A stretch of 64,000 nucleotides of DNA from the NCBI RefSeq assembly GCF_009914755.1, contig NC_060938.1. One strand, given 5' to 3'. This DNA is from the human T2T-CHM13v2.0 reference genome, Homo sapiens. Below are positions 31,386-46,137 of the stretch, in pieces. The position numbers and the translations under genes are program-made. The notes beneath the pieces are model-generated. The model searched no databases. It was not told where the DNA came from and worked only from the letters and a program-made list of their open reading frames with translations. The first letter of the stretch is position 1. Each line of letters starts with the position of its first letter.

Positions 31386-33640
31386 AGGTTTATTCTCCCT
31401 CCTTTTAAGTGGCAGTTCTAAAAACTATTTGGTCTAATAGGAGTATCATATCCCTGAAACTTTCCTGCAGTGTTCACCCAAATTGAAAGTAGAGTTGTGA
31501 AAGAGTAGCTACTATAAAAAGCAAAGAACTCAGGCAATTTATTCTCTTCTCCCAGTAGGAACGCACAGAACAGTATATTCTCATAAAGTTCATAAAGTGA
31601 AAACAGTAGAAAGAAGCAGAGTTTATGTACAGGGAAAAAGTCATTAGATAGTCTCTTATAATGCCTGTTGAAGTGGTATTTTAAGAATTTTTATAGACAT
31701 GTTTGCATCATTACTGGCCTGAGAATATTAATTCTTTTTCAATCAACTATTAATGATGGGGATATAGGTTAAGTTTTCCATAACACAAAATAAGATATAG
31801 ATTTATGAATCTATATTTTATTGAAATTAATTATTGACAAATGTAATATGCATGTAAATCACCAGGGGAAGTAAAATGCAGAATTCAGGGATTCCACTTT
31901 CAAAGGCTGCTTCAGTAAGCTTAGTGGTGAAGACAGAATCTTCGTATTTATCACAGGTAACTAAAACAACTGGTTCCTAGACCACGCTTTCAGAAAAGCT
32001 ATTGCAATGCATCTGGATGTCTTTAGGGGCATTTTCTTACCTTCCCTCCTGGCTGTTGTTCATTGTATTTGTTTGTACTTTTGAAATTTTGCTGTATTCA
32101 CTGATCATAGATAGACCAAGTCTAACTTTCATCAATGTATTTCCTTCATTATTTTTCTGTCAGTCAAAAAGTATTGCAATATAACTTAAAATGGTCATAT
32201 TTATTACTGGCACTATCTTTGATAATATGTATTATAAACTGAATATAACAATGTATACATATGTACTGTATGACATTTCTACAAAAATTAAACATAAATG
32301 TGATTATCAAGGTATCAGTTAATGAAATTAATAATATGCAGCTTTGGCTTCTGACAGGAGACTCAAAATAGATATTAATTTCAAAATTACTGAAAAAAAC
32401 CCCTGGCTAGTTAGTTGTACTAAGTTAGAGTTTCATCTAAACTATGATTGAAATCATGCATACTGGAATGTGTTTTTTTTTTAAAGGAGAAGATTGAGCA
32501 TTAATAAAATCCAGATTCTGATGCAGTAGGTTTCAGGTGAGGCATAAGATTCTGAATTTATACCACACTCCCAACTGATACCTATATTTCTGATCTGTGA
32601 ATCAAGTTTTGTACAATGATGCTTTAGAGGACATTTCTTTCATTGACATATCACAACTCTGTGTGGTAAATCTATTTATCATACTATATTCACAATAGTG
32701 TTCCAGTGGAGTGTTGTTCAATCTACCTATGGAATTCTTTGACAGTGTGCATTGGAGATTTCTTTTGTCAGTTCCTGAAAAATAAAATGTTTTTCACCAT
32801 CTGAGGTAATTTTTTCTTGTATCCACTTATATATGAGATGCTGTGACTGTTTGTATTATTTCGGAACTAATTGCCCTAAATTGAGAATCAATTGACTCTT
32901 CAGCTCACATTGAGCTTGCATTGGTGAATTTTGCAAACTTCACTATTAAACAAATCCTAAGCGATAAATAAGAAAAAATTAAAATCTTTCTGTTAAACTA
33001 AATGCCTCACGAGGGATTAAGAAAAATGTCCATCATTCCAGAATTGTCTGGTGGAATGGTAAAAAACAAGGGTTTCATATTTTGTATTGTAGAGTAAAAT
33101 AGTTGGAAAATATTGGGAAGGCATTGTGATTTATTCAATTGAAAGGAAAAAAAATAAAAGAATATAGAGAATTATCCTTATAGAAGTCCTGAAATGTGGT
33201 ATTAAAAACCACTCATATATTTGAGAATGTCCCTAGACATATCAGGTCTTAAGAAATATGCAAATACCACCTCTGTGATAAAGTCAGAATATTATGCCAT
33301 CTTTCTAGTTAAACTTAGAGATCTGTTTTAATGTCTCGACTCTCACTTCATTATTCTGCTTCCTGCTATTTCCTGCATTCTAAAGATGAAATAACCTTAT
33401 AATATGCCATCCTATGCACCAAATGAAAGGAAAGTCACATATATGAAGGAAAGAAAATTATTTTCTGTTCAGTTTGTCCTCCAAACATATGTGAAATATC
33501 TCAGAAAATAAAACAAATTGATTTCCATCTTCAGGAAGAGAAAATTTCTACTATAATCTGTATACTACATATTATGGTTTTCTAGAACCCAGAGCTTGTC
33601 TCCACAATTGAACACTAACTGAAGATTAAAACGTAGGTGC

Positions 33641-34107
33641 GATTGGAGGGATCTGGCAAGACGGCAGAATAGGAACAGCTCCGGTCTGCAGCTCCCAGCT
33701 AGACTAACGCAGAAGGCAGGTGATTTCTGCATTTCCAACTGAGGTGCCATGTTTATCTCACTGGAACAGGTTAGGCAGTAGGTGCAGCCCACGGAGGGTG
33801 AGCAGAAGCAGGGTGGGGTGTCACCTCACCCAGAAAATGCAAGGAGCAAGAGGCCTCTCTTTCCTGGCCAAGGGAAGCCATGAGGGGCTGTGCTATCTGG
33901 CCCAGATACTGTGCCTTTCCCATGTTTTTTTGCAATCTGCAGATCAGGAGATTCTCTCGTGTGCCTACATTACCTGGGCCCTGGATTTCAAGCATGAAAC
34001 TGGGCAGCTGTTTGGGGAGACACCGAGCTAGCTGCAGTTTTTTTTCATACCCCAGTGACACCAGGAACCTCAGCGAGACAGAACCGTTCACTCCCCTGGA
34101 AAGGGGA
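33641..34107 (+). mobile_element. L1PA (PA7/8-type) 5'UTR, first ~460 nt
   Basis: ggcaagacggcagaataggaacagctccggtctgcagctcccagc...gaaccgttcactcccctggaaagggg. Confidence 0.9.
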
Positions 34108-37100
34108 CTCTTTTGAGAAGTGTCTGTTTATATCACTTGCCCACTTTTTGAATGTTTTTTTTTTTTCTTGTAAATCTGTTTAAGTTCCTTGTAGATTCTG
34201 GATATTAGACCTTTGTCAGATGGACAGATTGAAAAAATTTTCTCCCATTCTATAGGTTGCCTTTTCACTCTGATGATAGTTTCTTTTGTTCAGCAGAAGA
34301 TTTTTAGTTTAATTAGATCCCATTTGTCAATTTTAGCTTTTGTTGCAATTGCTTTTAGTGTTTTAGTCGTGAAGTCTTTGCCCATGCCTATGTCCTAACT
34401 GATATTGCCTAGGTTTTCTTCTAGGGTTTTTATGGTTTTAGGACTTACGTTTAAGTCTTTAATACACTTTGAGTTAATTTTTGTGTAAGATGTGTAAGGA
34501 AGGGGTGCAGTTTCTGTTTTCTGCATATGGCTAGCTAGTTTTCCCAGCAACGTTTATTAAATAGGGAATCCTTTCCCCATTGCTTGTTTTTGTCAGGTTT
34601 GTCAAAGGTCAGATGGTTGTAGATGTGTGGTGTTATTTCTGAGGCCTCTGTTCTGTTCCATTGGTCTATATATCTGTTTTGGTACCAGTACCATGCTGCT
34701 TTGGATACTGTAGTCTAGTAGTATAGTTTGAAGTCAGGTAGGGTGATACCTCCAGCTTTGTTCTTTTTGCTTAGGATTGTTTTGGTTATACGGACTCTTT
34801 TTTGGTTCCATATGAAATTTAAAGTAGTTTTTTTTTTCTAGTTCTGTGAAGAAAGTCAGTGATAGCTTGATGGGAATAGCATAGAATCTATAAATTACTT
34901 TGGGCAGTGTGGTCATTATCATGATATTGATTCTTCTTATGCATGAGCATGGAATGTTTTTTTCCATTTGTTTGTGTCCTCTCTTATTTCCTTGAGCAGT
35001 GGTTTGTAGTTCACCTTGAAAAGGTCCTTCATGTCCCTTACAAGTCGTATTCCTAGGTATTTTATTTTCTTTGTAGCAATTGTGAATGGGAGTTCACTCA
35101 TGATTTGGCTCTCTGCTTGCCTATTATTGGTGTATAGAAAGGCTTGTGATTTTTACACACTGATTTTGTATTCTGAGACTTTTCTGAAGTTGTTTATCAG
35201 CTTAAGGAGTTTTTGGGCTGAGATGATGGGGTTGTCTAAATATACAATCATGTCGTCTGCAAACAGAGACAATTTGACTTCCTCTCTTCCTATTTGAATA
35301 CCACTTATTTCTTTCTCTTGCCTGATTGCCCTGGACAGAACTTCCAATACTGTGTTGAATAGGAGTGCTAAGAGGGGGCATCCTTGTTTTGTGCCAGTTT
35401 TCAAAGGAAATGCTTCAGCTTTTGCCCATTCACTATGGTATTGGCTATGGGTTTGTCATAAATAGCTCCTATTATTTTGGGATATGTTCCATCAATACCT
35501 AGTTTATTGAGAGTTTTTAGCATAAAGGGATGTTGAATTTTATTGAAGGTCTTTTCTGCATCTATTGAGATAATCATGTGGTTTTTGTCATTAGTTCTGT
35601 TTATGTTTACCAGTCTTGCATCCCAGGGATGAAGCCAACTTGATCGTGGTAGATACGCTTTTTGATGTGCTGCTGAATTCAGCTATCCAGTATTTTATTG
35701 AGGATTTTCGCATTGATGTTCATCAGGAATATTAGCCTGAAATTTTCTGTTTTTCTTGTGTCTCTGCCAGGTTTGGGGATTAGGATGATGCTGGCTTCAT
35801 AAAATGAGTTAGGAAGGAGTCCTCTTTTTCTATTGTTTGGAAAATTTTCAGAAGGAATGGTACCAGCTCCTCTCTGTACCTGTGGTAGAATTTGGCTGTG
35901 ATTCTGTCTGGTCTTGGGCTTTTTTTTTTTAATTGGTAGGCTATTAATTACTGCCTCAATTTCAGAACTTATTATTCATCTATTCAGAGAATCAACTTCT
36001 TCCTGGTTTAGTCTTGAGAGGGTGAATGTGTTGAGGAATTTACCCATTTCCTCTATATTTTCTAGTTTATTTTCATAGATGTGTTTATAGTATTCTCCGA
36101 CGGTATTTTGTATATCTGTGGAATCAATGCTGATATCCCCTTTATCATTTTTTATTGTGTCTATTTGAGTCTTCTCTCTTTTCTCCTTTAGTAGTCTGGC
36201 TTGCAGTATATCTATTTTCTTAATCTTTTCAAGGAACCAGCTCCTGGATTCATTTATTTTTTTAAGGGTTTTTCGTGTCTTTATCTCCTTCAATTCTGCT
36301 CTGATCTTAGTTATTTCTTGTCTTCTGCTACTTTTTGTATTTGTCCTTGCTTCTCTAGTTCTTTTAATTGTGATGTAAGGGTGTCTATTTTAGATCTTTC
36401 TCACTTTCTGATATGGGCATTTATTGCTATAAATTTCCCTCTTAATACTGCTTTAGTTGTGTCCCAGAGATACTGGTACATTGTCTGTTTGTTCTCTTTG
36501 GTTTCAAGAACTTTGTTATTTCTGCCTTAATTTTGTTATTTACCTAGTAGCCATTCAGGAGCAGATTTTTCAGTTTCCATGTAGTTGTGCAGATTTAAGT
36601 GAGTTTCTTTATCCTGAGTTTTAATCTTATTGCAGTATGGTCTGAGAGACTGTTCCTTATGATTTCCATTCTTTTGCATTTGCTGAGGAGTATTTCACTA
36701 TCGATTATGTGGTCGATTTTATAGCAAGTGCTATGTGGTGCTGAGAAGAATGTATATTCTATTGATTTGGGGTGGAGAGTTCTGTAAATGTCTATAAGGT
36801 CTGCTTGGTCCTGAGCTGAGTTCAATTCCTGAATATCCTTGTTAATTTTCTGTCTCATTGATCTAATATTGACAGTGAGATGTTAAAGTCTCCCACTATT
36901 ATTGTGTGGGAGTCTAAGTCTCTTTGTAGGTCTCTAAGAACTTGTTTTATGACTATGGGTGCGCCTGTATGGGGTGCATATATATTCACAATGGTTGGCT
37001 CTTCTTGTTGCATTGATCCCTTTACCATTATGTAATGCCCTTCTTTGTCTTTTTATCTTTGTTGGTTTAAAGTCTGTTTTACCAGAGACTAGGATTGCAA

Positions 37101-38465
37101 CCCCTTCTCTCTCTTTTTTTTTTTTTTTGCTTTCCATTTGCTTCTTAAATCTTCCTCCATCCCTTTATTTTGAGCCTATGTGTGTCTTTGCACATGAGAT
37201 GAGTCTCCTGAATACAGCACACCAATGGGTCTTGACTCTTTACCCAATTTGCTGGTGTGTGTGTTTTAATTGGGTTATTTAGCCCATTTACATTTAAGGT
37301 TACTATTAGTATGTGTGAATTTGATCCTGTCATTATGATGCTAGCTGATTATTTTGCAAATTAGTTGATGTAGTTTCTTCATAGCGTCATTGGTATTTTT
37401 ATTTTGGTGTGTTTTTGCAGTGGCTGGTACCAATTTTTCCTTTCCATACTTAGTGCTTCCTTCAGAAGCTCTTGTAAGGCAGGCTTGGTGGTGTCAAAAT
37501 CCCTCAGCATTTGCTTCTCTGTGAAGGATTTTATTTCTCCTTCACTTATGAAGCTTAGTTTGGCTGATATGAAATTCTGGGTTGAAAATTCTTTTCTTTA
37601 AGAATGTTGAATATTGGCCCCCACTCTCTTCTGGATTGCAGAGTTTCTGTAAAGAGATCCACTGTTAGTCTGTTGGGCTTCCCTTTGTATATAACTTGAC
37701 CTTTCTCTCTGGCTACGCTTACATTTTTTCATCGTTTCAACCTTGGAGAATCTGACAATTGTGTGTCTTTGGGTTTCTCTTCTTGAGGAGTATCTTAGTG
37801 GTGTTCTCTGTATTTCCTGAATTTTAATGATGGCCTGCCTTGCTAGGTTGGGGAAGTTCTCCTGGATCATATCCTGAAGTGTGTTTTACAACTTGGATCC
37901 ATTCTTGCCCTCACTTTCATGGACCCCAATCTATCGTAGATTTGGTATTTTCACATAGTCCCATATTTCTTGGAGGCTTTGTTCATTCCTGTTCATTCTT
38001 TTTTTTCTAATCTTATCTTCATGCCTTATTTCAGTAAGTTGATCTTCAACTTCTGATACCATTTTTTCCACATGATCAATTCGGCTATTGATACTTGTAT
38101 ATGCTTCATGAAGTTCTCATGCTGTATTTTTAAGCTCCATCAGGTCATTTATGTTCTTCTCTAAACTGGTTATTCTACTTAGCAGTTCCCGTAACCTTTT
38201 GTCAAGGTTCTTAGCTTTGTTGCATTCTGTTAAAACATGCTCCTTTAGCTCAGAAGAGTTTGTTATTGTCCACCTTCTGAAGCCTACTTCTTCTGTCAAT
38301 TTGTCAAACTCATTCTCTGTTCAGTTTTGTGCCCTTGCTGGAGAGGAGTTGTGATCATTTGGAGAAGAAGAGGCTTTCTGGTTTTTGGAATTTTCAGCAT
38401 GTTTGTGCTGGTTTTTACTAATCTTTGTAGATTTATCTACCTTTGATCTTTGAGGCTGACGACCT
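34108..38465 (-). mobile_element. Body of an L1PA (ORF1 and most of ORF2), inverted relative to the adjacent 5'UTR; 3'UTR absent
   Basis: ORF1 peptides (MTEEVGFRRW, IQENFPNLARQA), ORF2 start MTGSNSHILIVTLNVNGLN, RT motif LFADDMIVY. Confidence 0.97.
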
Positions 38466-38609
38466 CAAAGATCAGGGAGGTTGCAAGATGAGAGGGTACA
38501 AAAGAGAAAACAGGAGGTGCCAGACTCCTCTAAACAACAAGTTCTTGCCCAAACTAACAGAGCAAGAATTCATTACCATGGGAAGGTATTCATGAGAGGA
38601 TCCATCCCC

Positions 38610-39446
<837 letters not shown>

Positions 39447-41569
39447 TCCCCATGATCCAAACACCTCCCATCAAGCCACACCTCCAACATTGGGGATCAC
39501 ATTTTAACATGAGATATAGAGTGGAAAAAACAGCCAAACCATATCAATATAATTCTAGAAAGGTCATTAAATTTACTTAGGCTGAAACTTTCCGTTATCC
39601 TATAAACTATGTTAAAATGCATTAAAACATAGCAAAACCTTGTTTTTAAAATTATAGTCTATTAATCTTTGTTAGAAATTGTGAAGCTGATTTTTAAAAG
39701 TAGATTCTTGTATCCATCCTCTTCTCTGCCTTAGTCTCACTGAATCAGACTCCTTTGAATAGCTCTCTTGAATATCTTTATAACAAGTATTGCAGTGAGT
39801 CTTTACACACTAAAGCTTGAGAAAACTCTGACAATTTTTTGCCCAGCTTTCCACAAGATAATTCCTCACAAGAAAGATTGCTCTATAGAAAACATAAGAC
39901 AAAGTTTAAAATATGATGAAAGAGATTATTGCTCAATGAAGTTTGAAGAGTGTACTAAAGAAAAAAGGGCAAGCATAATATTTTCTATTCCTATCCAAGG
40001 GTCTTCACCAAGTCTGGCCTCGACTCCTAAAAAAGATGCAAAATTTACCTTTACAATATCTTAGAATTCTAATGACAGAATGTATTACTTTTTTTTTTGG
40101 AACATGATAGATTAATTTGCCAAGCTGGATAAATTGACTAGTTTTTATAGAATTTACTAAAACTAGTATAGCTGACAACTGAGAAAAAAAAAAGCCAGTA
40201 TCAGTACCCTACATTCTGAGTTCAGAGAACAGCAAGCTGTGAAATCAGAGCCTGATGAGAAGCACTATTTTAGCAGGAGTGTGATTGCATTTATATCACA
40301 CCTGCCTTTTCCAATTTAGGAGAACTACAGTTGGGATATAGGGACACAGGTAGTCTTCTGAGGAAGGAAAAATCATGAAGATAAGTTATCCCATTTCTTT
40401 TTTCCTTCAAGAAAGGATTATTGACTGATTCTCATTACCAATACAGCATTAAGTGGTCACTGGTGAATTGATTGTAATTTCTGTGGGTGTCTATGAGGCA
40501 AGGCTAATTATTTACTTCCACAGTCGGATATCTTCTTGGCCATTGGGCTTAATGACTTCCACTTATGAGACTAAGTTGAAATGGGATCAGAGTGAGCAAC
40601 AAAGGAGTGAGGAAAGATGGTATGGTCAGGGTGAGATTAGGTAGGGAAAACCCTCAAATATATGTTTCTGAAAGGTTGCAGAAAATGGATCTTACTTTTG
40701 CCTAGTTAGAATTGTAAAGGATATATGGAACTGGTCTCATATATTTTCTGGGACTACCAGTGTGTGTTTTAGAGTTTCAGGCATATTAAGAACATGCCAC
40801 CAGCCCCCCTCTCTAGATGCCAAACTGAGTAAGTTCACTCTTCTCCATGTCCACTGATGTTTGGGAGAGGTGTTTGAGCTTGAGTCAGCGAGGTCTCCTT
40901 TCACCTGTATTTATCTACAGCAAGATCAAATGCGATAACTTAGATCAGTTTTGATAAGCATAAAGGGAGTGAGATGGGAAGCAACTTAGTATCTTCTATC
41001 TTTGCATGATTTTTATTATCACTGGCAAAAAAAGGTGATGCCCAAGTGACAAACACTCAAATACTAATATAAATAAACATATTTAATGCCTTCTCCTTCT
41101 TCCCAGCACCAAGAAAATAAGTCAGTAGAAAAGAGAGGTGAGTTTGAAAGAGCTACACCTGTCCCTGCATGCCTCTTATTCTCTCAGACACACGAGACAC
41201 ATGTGGAGACACTCATCCAACTTATACTAGCAGCTTTGACTCCAATATGGAACCTGTGCTTTATATTGCATTGCAGAAATCTTGAAAACCAAAACTGTAC
41301 AGATAATTTAATAATCAAAACCAAGTGAAAATTTAAAGGTGTCTACTGTGGTATTATTAAAAGAACCCATTACCCAGGTGGTATGGTATGGCTGAAGGAT
41401 TAGTTAAAATGGCAGACAGGTGGTGTTAAATAAATAAATAAATAAAAGACATAGTTTAATATTTATTTCAAAGAATTGAGTGAAATTAGTCAAACTGCTT
41501 TGTCATCTTATCCCTTATCCTGATGTTCACTAACTATCCTTTATTCACCACTTTCACTTCTTCAAATGT

Positions 41570-41735
41570 AGAAGTACTAGACTACAGGAAATTGGAGAAA
41601 TTAAGCAATTTGGATATGTCACATTACATCTGCAAACCTTATTTCCCTCATTTGTAATGTGCTAATGATACTTTCCATCTCCCGGGAAATATAATACTTA
41701 AAGTTTGCTGTGGAAAATTTTGTGAGATGAGGACT
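41570..41735 (+). mobile_element. MIR
   Basis: ccttatttccctcatttgtaatgtgctaatgata core. Confidence 0.6.
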
Positions 41736-42164
41736 AGGACATTTCTGAAATATTTTCTTGGGTTTTACATGGAGAAAAGAACAAACTGATTGACTGTCTG
41801 ATTGACCACATAGGAAGGTGCCGATCAATTCAAATGAGGGGTAATATTTCCTTAGTCTTTCCAAAGTTTCATATACACTCATGGTGAAAAGTCCCTCCCT
41901 CTCTACCCTATTATTACACGCAAAACACCCTCACAGGTCACATCACAAAAGGTCCCGGTTACCTCTACCTCATTAAGACACTTTGACAGGTAGACCTTCC
42001 ATTTAGTAGATTTCCTCAGACTGCTGCTAAAGGTTAAACCATTGTAATGTTAAAACATTCTAAATATTTTTTGTAAGACCACAATTCTCCTACCATTGAA
42101 AATATTTTCTAACCAGGCATGCTAACCAACTTCTCAAACAATTTAACAATAAAAGAAGGAATTA

Positions 42165-42308
42165 TTTAACGAATGGATACTAAATAACTGGATGATGAAA
42201 TAATCTGTACAACAAACCCCCATGATGCACATGTACCTGTGTAGCAAACCTGCACATCCTGCACAATCACTCCTGAACTTAAAAGTTAAAAATAAAATAG
42301 AAAATAAA
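42165..42308 (+). mobile_element. Short L1PA/PB 3' end with A-rich tail
   Basis: gatgaaataatctgtacaacaaacccccatga...aaacctgcacatcctgcac...gaacttaaaagttaaaaataaaa. Confidence 0.85.
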
Positions 42309-43308
42309 CAATTGGATATGTTGCTTTACTAGGGATATCAGCCTAGAACAGCTTAAATCTAATTTCCAATATAATTTATTTTATGGACTATATTTATAAG
42401 TTAACTAGGTCATTAAGCTAATTTTGAATTGTGCCTGTAATATCCATCAAGGTCTAATCAGTATGTGTCTGTGAGCCTCTATTAGCATACCAGACACAAT
42501 ATTATGTGTCACATGCTATACAAAATGAAGAAAATTTTTGAATTCCTCGAAAAATTTTATTATCTATAGATGTGTTGTCTTTAAGATTCCCCAGTTCACT
42601 AGAGTAAACCAGATGTTTTTACATTCCTATTGTATATGAACTACAAATTTTAAACCTGTTTGGCAAACCTTCTGTTGATTATATTTTATCTAATTCAAAT
42701 ATTTTGACAAACAGCAATAAAATTACAATGTTCCTATGACTTAACACAAGTAGTCTCCAGGCGAGTAACATTTTTAAATTAACTAAATAATAATAAAAAC
42801 AAATTATAGCAATATCATATTGGGATAGCCACCTTAATTTAACTATTTTTCAGAATAAATATGGAAGGAAATTAAATTACACAAAAATCATTTATGAAAA
42901 TGCTTCTGGTGTTCAATTTTAATCTTTAAATTTTTGTTTTTATTTCATACACTTTCTGTGGCAGTCAGATGAATCTGGATATAGGCATATTTTTCTGAGC
43001 AAAGGAAAGATCCATTATGATTACCTATTGTTCCTGCCTCACTTCTATTTTAAAATTCTCATTGGCAGTCTATTTTCCCACGAACTATATTACTGATTAA
43101 TATAATTACTAAAACCTTGCTCTAAGGTATAATGTGGAAAATTTTGAGATTTTCAATGTGTTTTAAACATAAAAAGACTCGTGCAAAAACAAATTATGAT
43201 GATGATAAAATGCTTGGCTTCAACATCAATCTCATGTTCTAATGAATGTGAGAATTTAATGGAGATGGTAGAGCATATGCATTTTCAACAGGCACTAGAG
43301 AAAAAATT

Positions 43309-44040
43309 TTGGAGCCCAGCCAATACCTCCTCTGGAGGGCAGAATATGATGAGTTATGCGAAAAACAAGCCAACCATAATCAAGTGGCCGGACAAGACAT
43401 AACAGCTGCTATGCTCCAGGGGAGGGGTCCCCATGCTGATGTACAACAACAACTAAATTTTGATCCGCAGGTCTATGCACAAGTGTCTTTGTGCGCTCTC
43501 AGGGCTTGGAACTGAATTCCTGAAAGTGAAGTTCAATGGGGATCTTTTATAAATGTTCAACAAGGGCCTCAGAAGCCATTTGTTGAATTTATCAATCAGT
43601 TAACCCAGGCAATTAAGAGACAAATTAGTCATGCCTAGGCTGCTGATATCTTATTGCTGCAATTGGCTTATGAAAATGCTAACGTCAACTGCCAGCAAGC
43701 AATGCAGACAATCAGAGGAAAGGCAGCCACAGTTGGAGAACTTACACGAGCATGTCAACTGATGGGGACTGAAACACACAAAGCCAAAATATTGGCTATG
43801 GCATTAAGGCCTCCTAAAGTGAAAAGAAAGAGAAATCCAAATTGTTTTCTATGTGCAGAGCGAGGTCATATGAAGCGGGAATGCCCCAATAATAGAGGCT
43901 AAGGTAACTCAGGAAAAAACCCCCTTCTATATGCCCCCAATGTAAAAAGGGGAAACATTGGGCAAATCAATGCAAGTCCAAATTTGATAAAAATGGCAAT
44001 CCCATAAGTACTCAGGTGGGAAACTGCATGAGGGGCTGTC
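43309..44040 (+). pseudogene. gag: Defective HERV-K gag (CA and NC)
   Basis: MHR-like QGPQKPFVEFINQL, LAYENANVNCQQAM, knuckle CFLCAERGHMKREC, second knuckle frameshifted; several stops; slippery GGGAAAC at 44018-44024. Confidence 0.9.
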
Positions 44041-44823
44041 CCCAGGCCCCATTCCAAACTGGGGCAATGCCAGTGGCTTTCCTCGGTCAGAGAGAAAGCC
44101 CACAGTCTTCTCTCTTGGAGCAGCCACCATTGGGAGTGCAGAACTGGAATTACTCTGCCAATGAATTAGTGCTAAAAGAAGGAGAGGACCCTAAAAAGGT
44201 TGCAACCAAGGTCTGGGGCCCACTGCCTCCGGGAACAGTGGGATTTGTTGTAGAGTGGTCAAGCCTATCCAGTAAAGAAATTAATGTGCTCACCGGGGTA
44301 ATTGATAATGACTATCAAGGTGAGATATTAGTTATGATGGAATGTAAAGGTTGCATATTCTTCCCCCTGGATCAAAGACAGCTCAGTTACTACTGTTACC
44401 ATACTGGGTCCCCAGTGCCCAGGGAGAGGAAAGGGGAAAGGGAAGTTTTGGAAACACAGGAGCCATAGGGGTATATTGGAATCAACTAATCACTGATCAG
44501 AGTCCCATGATCACCTTAAAGATTGGAAATAAGAATTTTACTGGCTTATTGGAAACACAGGTGGATATTTCAATAATTAATGATCAAAACTGGGCAGAAA
44601 CTTGGCCTTGGGTCACTCAGAAACAAAAAATTGTCAGCATCGGGGAAGTGCACACAACCAAGCAGAAGAGCACACACCTCCTAACATGTTGTGATTTTCA
44701 AGGAAGAAAGGCAGTTATACAGCCTCTAATTATGTCCATCCCTGTTAATCTCCGGGGATGAGACCTGTTAGTCAAGTGGGCGGCGGGAGGAGCGGGGGGG
44801 TCACTCTGCAGAACCTTTTCTAA
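44016..44823 (+). pseudogene. pro: Defective HERV-K pro (dUTPase plus aspartic protease)
   Basis: dUTPase GVIDNDYQGEI and ERGKGSFGNTG; protease active site decayed to GLLETQVDISII; frameshift. Confidence 0.88.
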
Positions 44824-44825
44824 TA

Positions 44826-46137
44826 ATGTCTACTGTTATTATCCCTCCCTTACCCCTGATGTGGCTTTCTCAAGATCCAATTTGGGTGGAACAGTGGCCT
44901 TTAAAGGGAGAGAAATTACAAAGAGCCCCTGAATTAGTTGAAGAGCAATTAAAAGCCAGCCATATAGAACCATCAAACAGCCCTTGGAATTCAGCCATTT
45001 TCATCATTCCCAAAAAGTCTGGTAAATGGAGACTTTTGCATGACTTACGTGCTATCAATGCTAATTTGCAACCTATGGGACCCCTTCAATAGGGGTTCCC
45101 TTCCCCCACGGTGATTCCTCAAGAATGGCCTATAGTCATTATTGACTTAAAAGACTGCTTTTATACTATTCCCCTTACAGGACAGAGAAAAAATTGTGTT
45201 TACCATAGCAGCTATCAATAATGAAAGGCCAGCTCACCAATTTCATTGGAAGGTACTTCCTCAAGGAATGCTGAACAGCCCTGCCATGTGTCAGTATCAT
45301 GTAAATCAGGCTTTGTTCCCCAGTAGAAAAGAATTTCCTAATTGCAAGATTATTCATTTTATGGATGATATTTTACTAGCAGCCCCAACAGAGCCAGTAC
45401 TTTTAAGTTTATATGCCTCTGTTGTAAAGAATACACAGTTAAGGGGTTTAATCATAGCACCTGAAAAAGTACAGATGTCCTCTCCTTGGAAATATCTTGG
45501 ATACATACTAACTTCCCAGTCAGTAAGACCTCAAAAGGTTAAATTCAATACTAGCAACTTACACACCTTAAATGATTATCAGAAATTGCTGGGTGATATG
45601 AATTGACTTCACCCTACCTTGGGCATAACTACTGATAAGTTACAAAACCTGTTTTCTATCCTAAAGGGCAATATGTCCCTGGATTCTCCCAGGTGTTTAA
45701 CTCCTGCAGCAAAAAGGGAACTTGATGAAATAGAGCAAGCTATTTCTAGAGGCAGCTAGATCTCATAGATCCATGACATTCAGTTCAGTTGTTTGTTTTT
45801 CCCACTAAACATTCCCCAACAGGATTAATAGGACAGAAGGCCCCAGGGCTGTGCTTTCTAGAATGTACTTTTTGCTCACATACGGGGACTAAAACTCTGT
45901 CTCCCTATATCCAGCTAGTTAGTAAAGTCATCTATTGAGGCCACAGATGATGCAATCTATTGCTAGGTTATGACCCTGATGTTATTAGAATTCCTTTGAG
46001 TAAAAAGCGATTTGAAGCAGTATTGCCCTTATGTCTAAACCTGCAAATAGCACTCTCTTATTACACAGGCCATATAGAACATGCCCTTCCTGCCAACAAA
46101 CTCCTTCAGTTCTCATCTCGTAATCCTGTGGTTTTGC
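44826..46137 (+). pseudogene. pol: Defective HERV-K pol (RT and connection), truncated before RNase H/integrase
   Basis: [56 protein letters not shown] (FMDD at 45358-45369), PWKYLG; stops and frameshifts. Confidence 0.92.

Larger units (their letters stand above)
43305..46137 (+). mobile_element. HERV-K (betaretrovirus-like; most likely HML-5/HERV-K22, HML-6 not excluded) internal gag-pro-pol fragment without LTRs
   Basis: Capsid, two CCHC zinc knuckles, dUTPase-protease and RT peptides in collinear order; both ends abrupt. Confidence 0.92.

Noticed and set aside
42165-42308. Missing 3' end of the rearranged L1 at 33641-38465
   Set aside because: It has an older-type 3'UTR and no copy of the upstream flank as a TSD.
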